A DNA stretch of 64,000 nucleotides from a virus, in IMG/VR virus record IMGVR_UViG_3300009082_000017, positions 96,043 through 160,042 of that record, one strand, 5' to 3'. Below the pieces are notes generated by a model. The model did no database searches. It saw only the letters and a program-made list of their open reading frames with translations, and had not been told where the DNA came from. Below are positions 19,595 through 29,604 of this stretch, piece after piece (positions within the stretch are counted from its first letter, which is position 1; every line of letters starts with the position of its first letter). The translations under genes were made by a program, and so were the position numbers.

Positions 19595-20214
19595 GTAAAG
19601 ATATTGCTATTGAAGTACTTAAATATTTAGATTTTAATGATGGGGTGTACTTTGACGCAGGCGCGCAAAATGGCGAATTTCAGTCGAACACAGTCATTTT
19701 AGAAAGAGCAAAAAATTGGACAGGTATACTTGTGGAACCATCTCCAAAAGCATATAGTGATTGCTTGAAAAATAGAAGCCAAGAAAAAAATATTATTATT
19801 CATGGAGCATTAGTTTCTGCCGATTATGGTAAACCTACTATTATGGGGGATTTCTTTGGTCATCCTATGAATAGTATTGGTGGTAAAAGATTAAATAATG
19901 CAGGTAATTCTGTTATTGAAGTTCCCGCTTATACTATGAATGAAGTTTTGGAAAAATATAACGTTGATAAAATTGATTTTCTAAGTTTGGATATCGAAGG
20001 GCTAGAATACTGGGTATTGAAAGATTTAAACTTTGATAAATGGGCACCAAAATGGGCATTGATTGAATGGAACGAAGGGGAAGATGAATTATTTCCATTT
20101 ATGAAAAGTAAAGGATATGACTGTGTTGGAAATATTTCTGATTTTAATTTAGTGGACGACCCTCAATGGCCTCAAACACACCAAGACTGGCTCTTCAAAT
20201 TAAAGGATAAATAA
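19591..20214 (+). CDS. FkbM-family methyltransferase
   Basis: DAGAQNG..SNT, WTGILVEP, IDFLSLDIEG. Confidence 0.9.
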   Translation: MSKDIAIEVLKYLDFNDGVYFDAGAQNGEFQSNTVILERAKNWTGILVEPSPKAYSDCLKNRSQEKNIIIHGALVSADYGKPTIMGDFFGHPMNSIGGKRLNNAGNSVIEVPAYTMNEVLEKYNVDKIDFLSLDIEGLEYWVLKDLNFDKWAPKWALIEWNEGEDELFPFMKSKGYDCVGNISDFNLVDDPQWPQTHQDWLFKLKDK

Positions 20215-20218
20215 TATT

Positions 20219-21037
20219 ATGTCAAAAGTCTATGACGTTCAAACAGTCTTTAATGAAATTGATACATGGATGCTCCGTTTCGAGGTCTTGAATGATTCAG
20301 TAGATTATTTTGTAGTTAACGAGGCACCGTTAACTTTTAGTGGCAAACCTAAACCTTTATATTTCTGGGAGAATCGTGATAAGTTTGCAAAATTTTCAAA
20401 CAAAATTATCTACAATGTTTTTGACGAAGAAAAACAAGGTTGGGATCAATGGGATAGGGATAGAGAACATAAAAATGGAGCGATGAAAGCTCTTGAAGGT
20501 GTCGCCAATGATGAAGATATAATTTTCTATTCCGATGCTGACGAAATCTGGAACCCTTCCAATATCAATTTTGATAATTTTAAAGATGACACTTTATATA
20601 TTCTATACCAATCGGTATATTATTACTATCTAAATTGCCTTTGGGAAAATACTGTAGACCCAACTGCCATTTGGAGAGGGAGCCGTTATAGCTCCTATGG
20701 TTTATTAAAAAATCATTCTTTTGATGCTTTTAGAGCATACGATGGGTATTTCTTCCAGAATCAATTATTTAAAAAAGAATATATTAATAAAGGTGGTTGG
20801 CACTTTTCATTCTTAGGAGGCGCTGAGAATATTAAATATAAAATAGATTCTTACGGCCATCAAGAACTTAATGTACCTGTTATTAATGATAATGTTCAAA
20901 ATAATATTGATGCTTTACGAGATCCATTTTTCAGACCAAATTTCAGAATTAGTCCCATTGATATAACTTTAGAGACTCATCCTAAATATTTAGTTGATCA
21001 TTTAAATGAATATAGTAAATATATTTATAAAAGTTAA
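20219..21037 (+). CDS. GT17-family glycosyltransferase
   Basis: FNE.D, VDYFVV.E, TFSGKPK, SDADEI, GGWHFS. Confidence 0.85.
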   Translation: MSKVYDVQTVFNEIDTWMLRFEVLNDSVDYFVVNEAPLTFSGKPKPLYFWENRDKFAKFSNKIIYNVFDEEKQGWDQWDRDREHKNGAMKALEGVANDEDIIFYSDADEIWNPSNINFDNFKDDTLYILYQSVYYYYLNCLWENTVDPTAIWRGSRYSSYGLLKNHSFDAFRAYDGYFFQNQLFKKEYINKGGWHFSFLGGAENIKYKIDSYGHQELNVPVINDNVQNNIDALRDPFFRPNFRISPIDITLETHPKYLVDHLNEYSKYIYKS

Positions 21038-21050
21038 TTTGTTTTAACCC

Positions 21051-21079
21051 TTGACAGATTTTAGTTTATGTGTTATAGT
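21051..21079 (+). promoter_or_regulatory. sigma70-type promoter
   Basis: TTGACA-17-TATAGT, extended TG. Confidence 0.8.
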
Positions 21080-21109
21080 AATAGAAATATATTGGGTTAG
21101 GAGGATAAG

Positions 21110-21745
21110 GTGAAATTAGACCAAATTTTTGAATTAGGATATTTAATCAATTTAAAAGAAAGAGTTGATCGTTGGGAATTATGCGATCATGAGTTCTATA
21201 AAATCAATTATTATCCACAACGATTTGAAGCAATTAAAAATGAAGTAGGTAGAGTTGGATGCTTTCTTAGTCATTTAGAAATATTAAAAAAAGCACAAAG
21301 AGAAAATAAAAATGTTTTAATAATGGAGGATGATGTAGAGTTTGATGAAGATTGCAGACAAGTATTGGAAGCGTCTCTAGACGAACTTTGTGATTTAAAT
21401 TTTGATATGGCTTATTTCGGTGGGAATATTCTCCGTCCATTTTTCCAAGTCACAAAACATTGGGCAAGATTAAGCCATTGCCAATCAACCCATTGTTATA
21501 GTATTCATCGAAATTTTTTATCAACAATTATAAATTTTCTTGAAAATAATTCTACTCAAAAAACAGGATTGGCAATTGATCAATTATATGCAGACTATCT
21601 TATTCCTAATTGTAAAGCTTATATTATTATGCCCATAATCGCAAGACAACGTTCGGATTTTTCAACTATTGAAAATAGAGAAGTAACTTATGATTTGCCG
21701 GTTAAAAGATATTGGCATTATTTGGTGAAAAATGAAAAAGTGTAA
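21110..21745 (+). CDS. GT25-family glycosyltransferase
   Basis: INL..R.DR, RFEA, GCFLSH, LIMEDD. Confidence 0.88.
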   Translation: MKLDQIFELGYLINLKERVDRWELCDHEFYKINYYPQRFEAIKNEVGRVGCFLSHLEILKKAQRENKNVLIMEDDVEFDEDCRQVLEASLDELCDLNFDMAYFGGNILRPFFQVTKHWARLSHCQSTHCYSIHRNFLSTIINFLENNSTQKTGLAIDQLYADYLIPNCKAYIIMPIIARQRSDFSTIENREVTYDLPVKRYWHYLVKNEKV

Positions 21746-22577
21746 AACAATTATATTCTCTCGCAATCGTCCTCTTCAATTAACCTTATGCCTTAAAACA
21801 TTATTAAATCATTGTACGGACATTTTACAACAATCAAACATTACAGTTTTATACAGAAATGATGAGGAATATCGGCAGTCTTTTGACAATTTAATGTTGG
21901 AATTTCCCCAAATATCGTTCAAAAAGGAGGAAAATTTCAAAAAAGACCTGCTTTCTTTGCTACCACATGAAAGCAACATTTCATGGGGTAAAAATGAAGG
22001 TTTTGTCACTTTTGTTGTCGATGATCAGATTTTCACCGAAGATTTTTCAATGAAAGAAGTTATTTCAACACTTGTTGAAAATCAGGATTGTATAGGGTTT
22101 AGTTTACGTCTTGGCAAAAATTGTGTACGATGTTTCCCTTATGATTGTGAGCAAGCAATTCCAAAGACAGAAAAAGTTTCAAAGAATGTTGTAAAATATA
22201 ATTGGCAAGAAGCAGAGTATGACTTCAATTATTGTTTAGAGTTATCTGCAAGCGTTTACAGGGTAAACGACCTTATAGAGATGTTTGAGATTTGCGATTA
22301 TGACTCACCCAACCACCTCGAATCAATTATGAGTTCGTGTTTTTATAAGGACAAACCAAACCTTTTAATGTTTGAAAAATCGGCATCCTTCAGTTATCCG
22401 ATGAATAAGGTTCAAACATCACACCCAAATAGGAGTGGAGATTTCAATCCTGACACTCTTAGATTAATTTATGAAAAGGGTGGAAGATTTGAAAATAAGC
22501 AATTTGATGGTTATATTAGTAATGGAGCACATGAGATTCCAGAAAGTATAAATTTGGTGGACACATATGGCAAATGA
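21732..22577 (+). CDS. GT-A fold glycosyltransferase-like protein
   Basis: IIFSRNRPLQL, FVVDD, FSLRLG, PN.LE. Confidence 0.7.
   Translation: MKKCKTIIFSRNRPLQLTLCLKTLLNHCTDILQQSNITVLYRNDEEYRQSFDNLMLEFPQISFKKEENFKKDLLSLLPHESNISWGKNEGFVTFVVDDQIFTEDFSMKEVISTLVENQDCIGFSLRLGKNCVRCFPYDCEQAIPKTEKVSKNVVKYNWQEAEYDFNYCLELSASVYRVNDLIEMFEICDYDSPNHLESIMSSCFYKDKPNLLMFEKSASFSYPMNKVQTSHPNRSGDFNPDTLRLIYEKGGRFENKQFDGYISNGAHEIPESINLVDTYGK
21966..21985. repeat. perfect 7-6-7 site inside a CDS
   Basis: CATGAAA-GCAACA-TTTCATG, read as PHESNISWG. Confidence 0.85.
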
Positions 22578-23349
22578 TCTAGTAAGTATCTTAACCCCCA
22601 CATACAACCGTCCAGACTGGTTAGTATTAACATTGAAATCATTAATTGCACAAACCTATACTAATTGGGAATGTATCGTGGTAAATGATGCTGGTATGGA
22701 TGTTGGTAATATTATAAAAAATCTTGACGATAATAGAATAAAATATTATACAAACCCCGTTAATTTGGATTTGTCGGGTACGCGCAATGTGGCAACAGAA
22801 AAAGCAACTGGTGATTGGTTTATTATGCTTGACGATGATGATCAACTTTTTCCAGAAGCCATTGAATTTAGATTATGGAGAGCACATAAATTAAATGCAG
22901 AAATAGTTTATTCTAGGGTTTTGCAATGTTATTACGAAAAACGAGATAATGGTTATCAATATATTGGAGAAAAGCTTTATTGGGACAGCATTTATGACCC
23001 AGATTTGATACTTTTGCAAAATGTTAGCCCTTGCAATGGAATAATGTATTCTAGGAAAGCGCAAGAAGTAGGAGGATTGTTTGATACCGAATTAAAAGCA
23101 GGAGAAGATTGGTCGCATTCAATTGCTATGTCAAGACATTATCCGTTTTATGAAACTAAAATTATTGACTGTAGTTGTAGTTTTCGGACAGACAATAACC
23201 AAATGACCGGTAGCCGCAATTTTGCAATAGATCAAGCAAAGATTTATAAAAGATGGCGTTCGACAGCAAAGAACTTATCTTGGGTAGTTGAGAATCAAAA
23301 CAAATCATTATTAGCACGAGGGATTAATCCTTCTGACTTTGGACTATAG
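22567..23349 (+). CDS. GT2-family glycosyltransferase
   Basis: VSILTPTYNR, VVNDA, LDDDD, GED. Confidence 0.9.
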   Translation: MANDLVSILTPTYNRPDWLVLTLKSLIAQTYTNWECIVVNDAGMDVGNIIKNLDDNRIKYYTNPVNLDLSGTRNVATEKATGDWFIMLDDDDQLFPEAIEFRLWRAHKLNAEIVYSRVLQCYYEKRDNGYQYIGEKLYWDSIYDPDLILLQNVSPCNGIMYSRKAQEVGGLFDTELKAGEDWSHSIAMSRHYPFYETKIIDCSCSFRTDNNQMTGSRNFAIDQAKIYKRWRSTAKNLSWVVENQNKSLLARGINPSDFGL

Positions 23350-23360
23350 GAGAGAATAAA

Positions 23361-24473
23361 TTGACCCGTTTCGCAATGTTTTATTCAGACGACATTGGCT
23401 CGTTGAATTGCAGCCTTTATAATATTATTTATCCAGCAAAATATATTAATGAAAAATATCCAGGAATTCATTCTGCTGACACTTTTAATATTAATCAATT
23501 AAATCAATGGACTCCAGAAGTTGTAGAGTCAATTGAAAAAGCAGATTTAGTATTGATTGAAAGAAATTTATTTGGCGATGCACTCATTCGAGAGATGCAA
23601 CTTTTTTTACAAAATAAACCTGTCGCATTAATATGGGATGATTCTTATGAAAATATTTGCGAGGAGAACGCTAGTTTTTCGTTCTGGCACGATAGTCTTG
23701 TTCAACGTCAAAATGAAAAAGGAGTATTAGAAAATATAAAAATATTTCCGCATAATATTACACAACTTCGTAAAGCAGCTAGATTGGCAAAAGCATATAT
23801 TGGGCCATCTAGATTACTTGCAGAAGATTGGAGTAAATATACTGATTCTTATCGCATTTATAATTATTTAGATTTGGAACGTTATCCTGAAGATTCTAAA
23901 CCATTGTTGCCTTTCAATGGAATTACTATTGGTTGGTGTGGATCTCTTTCTCATGTATCATCTTTTACTGAAAGTGGAATTATTCCTGCTTTAACTTATA
24001 TCGGTAGAAAATATGACAATGTTAGAATTATGACAGGTGGAGACAAAAGGATTTATGATAAAATTAATCTTCCGAATACAAGAAAAATATTTTCATCATA
24101 TGTTCCAGATGAACAATGGGCATCGTTACAAAAAAGTGTAGATATTGGTATTGCCCCACTTACGTCATCTTTTGATCGTCGCAGATCACATATCAAAGTA
24201 TTAGAATATATGCTTTTGAAAATTCCATGGATCGCCAGTAATTTTGAAACATATGAGGAATTGGGTGAATATGGGCATCTTATTGAAAATGGGGTTGACA
24301 ATTGGAAGAAGGCTATGAGTGATGCAATTGAAAATATTGATAAGTATCGTGAGTTAGCGAATGGTAAAGCTTATGAGTTTGCCAAAGAACAAACCTATGA
24401 AAAGAATATTGATAAATTGATCGCTGTGTACCAACAGATTATAAGTTCTCCTGATAGAGATGACCCACAATGA
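23361..24473 (+). CDS. GT4-like (GT-B) glycosyltransferase
   Basis: IGWCGS.SH, DIGIAPL, K.LEY...IP.IAS. Confidence 0.8.
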   Translation: MTRFAMFYSDDIGSLNCSLYNIIYPAKYINEKYPGIHSADTFNINQLNQWTPEVVESIEKADLVLIERNLFGDALIREMQLFLQNKPVALIWDDSYENICEENASFSFWHDSLVQRQNEKGVLENIKIFPHNITQLRKAARLAKAYIGPSRLLAEDWSKYTDSYRIYNYLDLERYPEDSKPLLPFNGITIGWCGSLSHVSSFTESGIIPALTYIGRKYDNVRIMTGGDKRIYDKINLPNTRKIFSSYVPDEQWASLQKSVDIGIAPLTSSFDRRRSHIKVLEYMLLKIPWIASNFETYEELGEYGHLIENGVDNWKKAMSDAIENIDKYRELANGKAYEFAKEQTYEKNIDKLIAVYQQIISSPDRDDPQ

Positions 24474-25366
24474 TTGAAAGAATATCTGCAATTTATTCCA
24501 TAAGAAATATTATTACAAATATGAGATATATTGGTGCATCTACAGATATTAAGAAAAGATGGGATAAGCATAAAAGATATTTAAAGCACAACAAACATTG
24601 GAATTTTTTATTTCAAGAAGAATATAATATTTATGGTGAAAACGCATACGAATATACAATTGTTCAATTGCTACCGTCAGACAAAGAATTACTAAAATTT
24701 ATGGAAACATATTGGATTGTGTATTACGATTCTTTTGTTGATTGTGGGAAAGGATATAATTTGACATATGGTTCTCCAAATTTTTGCCCATCAAATACTA
24801 CGAGGGAGAGAAATAGAGAAGCCCAAAAGGGAAAAACAATGTCCGAAGAAACAAAAAAGAAAATATCTGATTTCATGTCCAGCGAAGACAATCCACATTT
24901 AGGAGCAAAAAGAAGTGAAGAAACAAAAAAGAAAATGTCAGATGCCGGAAAAGTAAAAATATTTACAGAAGAACATAAAAAGCATTTATCAGAATCTTTA
25001 TCTGGTGAAAATCATCCGTGGTTTAATAAACATTTACCAGAAGATACAAAAGAGAAAATTGCAGAGGCTCAAAGAGGAGAGAAAAGCCCTAGGTTTAATT
25101 GGCAATACACAGAAGAGGAATTGGACTTAATTTCTAGAGGAAGACAGGGAATAAAAAATAGCGGAGAACATACGAGTACTTATGTTGGAGTTTCTTTTTC
25201 AGATGCAACATGTGAATGGAGATCTTCTATCACTTTTAGAAAACAGGTTTATAATTTAGGCTTTTTTAATGATGAAATAAATGCAGCTAAAGCTTATGAT
25301 AAAAAAGCTATTGAATTATATGGCGAGAATGCTAAAACAAATTTCCCAAAGGAAAATTATAAATGA
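24470..25366 (+). CDS. GIY-YIG homing endonuclease with NUMOD3 repeats and AP2 domain
   Basis: AIYSI.N....YIG, GYN, repeated SEETKKK.S, AAKAYD. Confidence 0.9.
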   Translation: MIERISAIYSIRNIITNMRYIGASTDIKKRWDKHKRYLKHNKHWNFLFQEEYNIYGENAYEYTIVQLLPSDKELLKFMETYWIVYYDSFVDCGKGYNLTYGSPNFCPSNTTRERNREAQKGKTMSEETKKKISDFMSSEDNPHLGAKRSEETKKKMSDAGKVKIFTEEHKKHLSESLSGENHPWFNKHLPEDTKEKIAEAQRGEKSPRFNWQYTEEELDLISRGRQGIKNSGEHTSTYVGVSFSDATCEWRSSITFRKQVYNLGFFNDEINAAKAYDKKAIELYGENAKTNFPKENYK

Positions 25367-25581
25367 ACATCCCCGAAACCCTAACCTATCTCAACACAGA
25401 AATACAACTCAAAAAAGCGAGCCTCAAAAACTCGCTTTTTATTCTATCTATGGTTATTGAAGATACAAACGTTGGAAGTATAGAAGATGTTATTATAAAT
25501 TATTATAATAGTCAAGGAATATCGTGTAAGGTAAAACGATGTAATTTGACAGGTGAATTTGAGATTAGTATTTGGTGGTAA
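25363..25581 (+). CDS. hypothetical protein
   Basis: ATGA overlap with upstream stop. Confidence 0.6.
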   Translation: MNIPETLTYLNTEIQLKKASLKNSLFILSMVIEDTNVGSIEDVIINYYNSQGISCKVKRCNLTGEFEISIWW

Positions 25582-25609
25582 TTTAATGTAACGAGTTTTG
25601 TTTTAACCC

Positions 25610-25638
25610 TTGACAAGATTTATATTTAATGATAAACT
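25610..25638 (+). promoter_or_regulatory. sigma70-type promoter
   Basis: TTGACA-17-TAAACT, extended TG. Confidence 0.8.
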
Positions 25639-25672
25639 TCTTGCACAAATAAGAAAAAAGGAGAATAAAAAA

Positions 25673-26020
25673 ATGACTAGATCAACTCAATACATCGGAC
25701 TAAACAATCTTGCTAGAACCTATATCAAAAACGCTCTTTCTGTCGAAAAATATGAAATGACAGAAGGAATGTTTGACGAAAAAATTATGGGGTGTATTTA
25801 TCATATGCCAGTTCCAGAAGGGCTAAATAAAGAATATATCTTTAAGGAAGTTGTTCAGTTTACTGCGTGGTCTTCTGGCCAGATGATCTTTACTCATTTG
25901 CAAGGTACTCTTATAAAAGAAATTGGTCAAGTCTGCGATATGGGTGAATATTTTTCATGGATGAAAGTCCCTGATAATGATGTGGAATATGATCCTGATT
26001 TGGGTGTTTATAGTTTATAA
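25673..26020 (+). CDS. hypothetical protein
   Basis: AAGGAG RBS before ATG 25673; ORF-track start 25610 is the -35 box. Confidence 0.75.
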   Translation: MTRSTQYIGLNNLARTYIKNALSVEKYEMTEGMFDEKIMGCIYHMPVPEGLNKEYIFKEVVQFTAWSSGQMIFTHLQGTLIKEIGQVCDMGEYFSWMKVPDNDVEYDPDLGVYSL

Positions 26021-26035
26021 GTTATTTAAGAATAT

Positions 26036-27211
26036 TTGAATTTCAAAAGGAAGGAGGAATACATTATATATAAAACGATTTTTGTTCCAGTGAAATGCAA
26101 TAAAAAAGATTTTGAATACATAAAAACTTTAAATAAAATTTCTGCAAATGTGTGGAATTATTGTGTTGAAATAGACAAAGAAAATGGTCAAAAATTAACT
26201 TTATCGCAATTAGAATTTATGACTAAAAATAAATTTCCATTACATGCAAAAGGAATACATCATATTGTTTTTAAATATTTGAATGCAAGGAAGTCAATGT
26301 GGGAAGTTATTAAAAAGAATAAAGACAATGGAAATAAAATAACCTTACCATATAGATTAAAAGAATATATGCCCACTGGTTGGGATTCACAGGCAATACA
26401 TCCAGAATATGACAATAATAAAATTAGGCTTACTTGCATTTTGGGTAGAGGACAAATTGTTTGCAAAGTTAAATCAATACCCAACAATATCGCAGAGATT
26501 GAATTGGTCTATAAAGACGAATATTATTTATCTATCAAATATAAAGAAGAAAATGATACAAATTTAATTCAATCGGATAATATTGCTAGTATTGACCTTG
26601 GAGAAATTCATGCAATTACAAGCATTGACAAATTTGGGAATTGTGTTATAGTTACTAATAGAAAGATTCGTAGTTTAATTAGATTAAAAGATAAAAGACA
26701 AGGCGAATTACAATCTTTAAGATCAAAATGCGTCAAAGGAAGCAAACAATCTAAAAAATATACAAAAGCAATTTATGATATTAAATATGAGTTTGATAAC
26801 AAAATTTTGGATGCGCTTCACAAACAAACAAATTTATACGTCAAATGGTGTAGAAGTCATAAAATTTCGAAAGTTTATTATGGAGATTTAGATACCACTA
26901 CTAGAAACAGCAAAGGCAAGAAAAGTCAAAAAATAAATCATAAATTAAGTATGTGGAGATTTGGTATATTAATTAAACAACTTCAATATAAACTTTTTCA
27001 ATATGGTATTGTAATGGAAGAAATAAGTGAAGCATATACAAGCCAAACTTGCCCAAATTGTGGCAATAGAAAAAAGACGGGAAGTAGAAACTATTCTTGT
27101 AAGTGTGGATACATTCAACACAGAGATATTGTAGGTGCAATAAATATATTGAATTTTAATACAGATACTGATTTAAAAATGTATAAAAACAAGGTATATC
27201 TACAAATCTAG
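26036..27211 (+). mobile_element. tnpB: TnpB RNA-guided nuclease (IS605/IS1341-like), no TnpA
   Basis: SIDLG, YYGDL with downstream SEAYTS, CPNC...CKC zinc finger, HRDIVGA. Confidence 0.9.
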
Positions 27212-27359
27212 AAATAGTGAGTAGTAGAAGTTGACGTTATCAACCTAGTTTAAAGACTGGTGGTTTCTTATTAGAAAAAATTTGGCTATTGCCAAAAATA
27301 ACGGAAGTGTTCTTTTGTTACATAACAAATAAAAAGTAGCAAATATATTATTTGCTCAA
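27212..27359 (+). ncRNA. putative omega-RNA / IS right end of TnpB-2
   Basis: Hairpins TTTGTTA/TAACAAA (27314-27329) and AGCAAATA/TATTTGCT (27338-27356), ending in TCAA (27356-27359), typical of IS200/IS605 right ends. Confidence 0.6.
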
Positions 27360-27377
27360 ATTATTTAAGGAGAAAAT

Positions 27378-29554
27378 ATGAACAACGAATATCAAGACTG
27401 GCGATCCATTCTCAATCCACCTACAAAAGATGGTGAGATTTGGATTTATGCTTATATTTGGGACGACGGATGGTGTATCATTAGAAAATATTATTACATG
27501 TCTGAGGGATTCAAAAAAGGTACGGCAAGATGGATGCCCATTATAGTTCCTCAACCACCTACCGATGTAGATTTTAGTTTATATGAAACCCCATAAAACG
27601 ACTGTTTCATGCGCAAAAAAAGGAAAATAAATGAAAAAATCTAAAAAAGCAAAATTAGTAATCACAGAAAAACAATATACTAAAAAAGAATGTCAACTTA
27701 CTTGCCCACATTGTCATACTGAATTTCATTATATGAATGGATTTGATGAAAATATTTTATTATACAAATGTACTCAATGTGGAAATTCTATTAGACTATA
27801 TGATTAAGGATAAAATAAAATGCCCCTAGATAGAGACCTAGAAGATACTCGTGACGAAGAATCATATCAAAACTATTCTGATGAAAAAGAAGAAGCATTT
27901 TGGGATGAGGTTGATTATGAATATGATAGAATGATGGATGATAAAATGGATAAAGAAAATTGGTGAAAAATATGACTGATCAACCGGCTGATAGTTATTG
28001 TAAAGGATGTAAATTTTTGAAATTAATTTATGAATTGGATGACAGGCAATATTATTTTGGATGTGAAAGCAAAATGACTTGTGATAAAATTAAAGAAAGT
28101 GAAGAAAACAAAAATGGCAGAGAAAACTAACCCTATCTATAAAATTTGTACTTGTTGCCAAACCCCATTCCACTATACTAAAAAATGGAATGACAAAATT
28201 CTCGAACAAGAAGCCATCAAACGATATGGTGATACTGTGGTGAAGCAAGAGGGTGTTGAAATTTGTAAGAAGTGTTGGGATGGGTTGGAGAAACCGGAAG
28301 GAAATAAAAATGATTGATGCTGAAAAATTAAGAATTATTACTAAAGAAGGTAGTATTAAAAAAGAAAAAACAATTTTGGAAAAAATCAATGATTTTATTG
28401 AATATGTAGAAAAAGAAATAAAATATAAAGCGTCAAATGGATTTTATTCTGCAAAAATTGATCCTATTAATTTTGATAAAAATTTAATAGACACAAAAAT
28501 AATCAATGAAATTAGAAAAAAACTAGAAAATTTTGGCTATAAAGTTGAAATGGATTATATTAGTGATGATATTTATATTAGTTGGTATAATTCATGAAAC
28601 CGGTATTTCATGTGGTAAAAAGGATAAAAAATGACAAAAAATAAATGTATATATGAAAAATGGGGTGTATATTTTGCTCAGGGATGTACGGATCAACATA
28701 TATCAGAGCACACTTGTAGTGATTGGTGCATATGCCCAAAATGCGGAAAAGAAATTGAATTTTATGTTGAGCCAGAAGAGTACAGAGAAAAACAACCAGA
28801 AATTTATGAGGATGTAACTAGTGAAAAATGGTTCGCTGAAATAGTTTTTGAAGATGGAGAGCGCATTAAAGCTATTGGGAATTCTAAAATGGATGTTACT
28901 TTGAGATGGAATAGACTGCAAAGAGAATTATTATAACCCCACGAAAGAACCATTTCATGAACTTGATTAAATTGGTATCTTGACAAGTACATCAAAGTAT
29001 GATAAACTTATTAAAATTGAATTTACATTAAGGAGAAAATATTATGAGTAGCAATAAAGGTATGAAAAATTTAGATATTGAAAGTATGAAAGGCGATATT
29101 AATAGTGACGAGAATACAACAAATGCAATAGACGACTTTGAACCAACCGACGCAGAATTACAAGAAATGATGAAAGAACTCCACATCGAAGAAGAAGCAG
29201 AAACCAAGAATAAAATTTTAGAAGACTGGTCGGAAGTGACTTGTATTTCTTGCTTAAAGCCAGTAGACTTAATGAAGGCAGTTTTCATTGATGAAGCACC
29301 TTACCATAAACATTGTGCAGAAGAAGAGTTGCGATATGAAGACTAGTATTACACAAAACGAATACGAATTACTTACTTTTTTAAAATCGCAACAAGATCA
29401 ATTGGAACGTATGTCTAACCGTATGTATTATTATGCAAAGAAACTCTTAGAATTAGAAGATGACAACTGGCTCACAGATTACTTTAATGATACTATTGGT
29501 GTTACGGCGTTTTTGAATCAAGTTGGTATTGATATTGATACGAAAAACCCTTGA
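27378..29554 (+). CDS. run of small hypothetical proteins (27378, 27631 zinc finger, 27820 acidic, ~28113, ~28310, 28631, 29044, ~29336)
   Basis: Tightly packed + strand ORFs, several with RBS; several CxxC motifs. Confidence 0.65.
28980..29008 (+). promoter_or_regulatory. sigma70-type promoter
   Basis: TTGACA-17-TAAACT, extended TG. Confidence 0.8.
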
Positions 29555-29579
29555 CAGATAGCGAATAATGTAGTAAACT
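29551..29579 (+). promoter_or_regulatory. sigma70-type promoter of the tyrosine recombinase
   Basis: TTGACA-17-TAAACT. Confidence 0.8.
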
Positions 29580-29604
29580 TATCTTATAGAAAAGGAGGCA
29601 TCAC

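Noticed and set aside
29021-29043. Self-target for TnpB-2 guide (shared TTAAGGAGAAAATAT)
   Set aside because: Match covers only the generic RBS part; the first five seed positions mostly mismatch.
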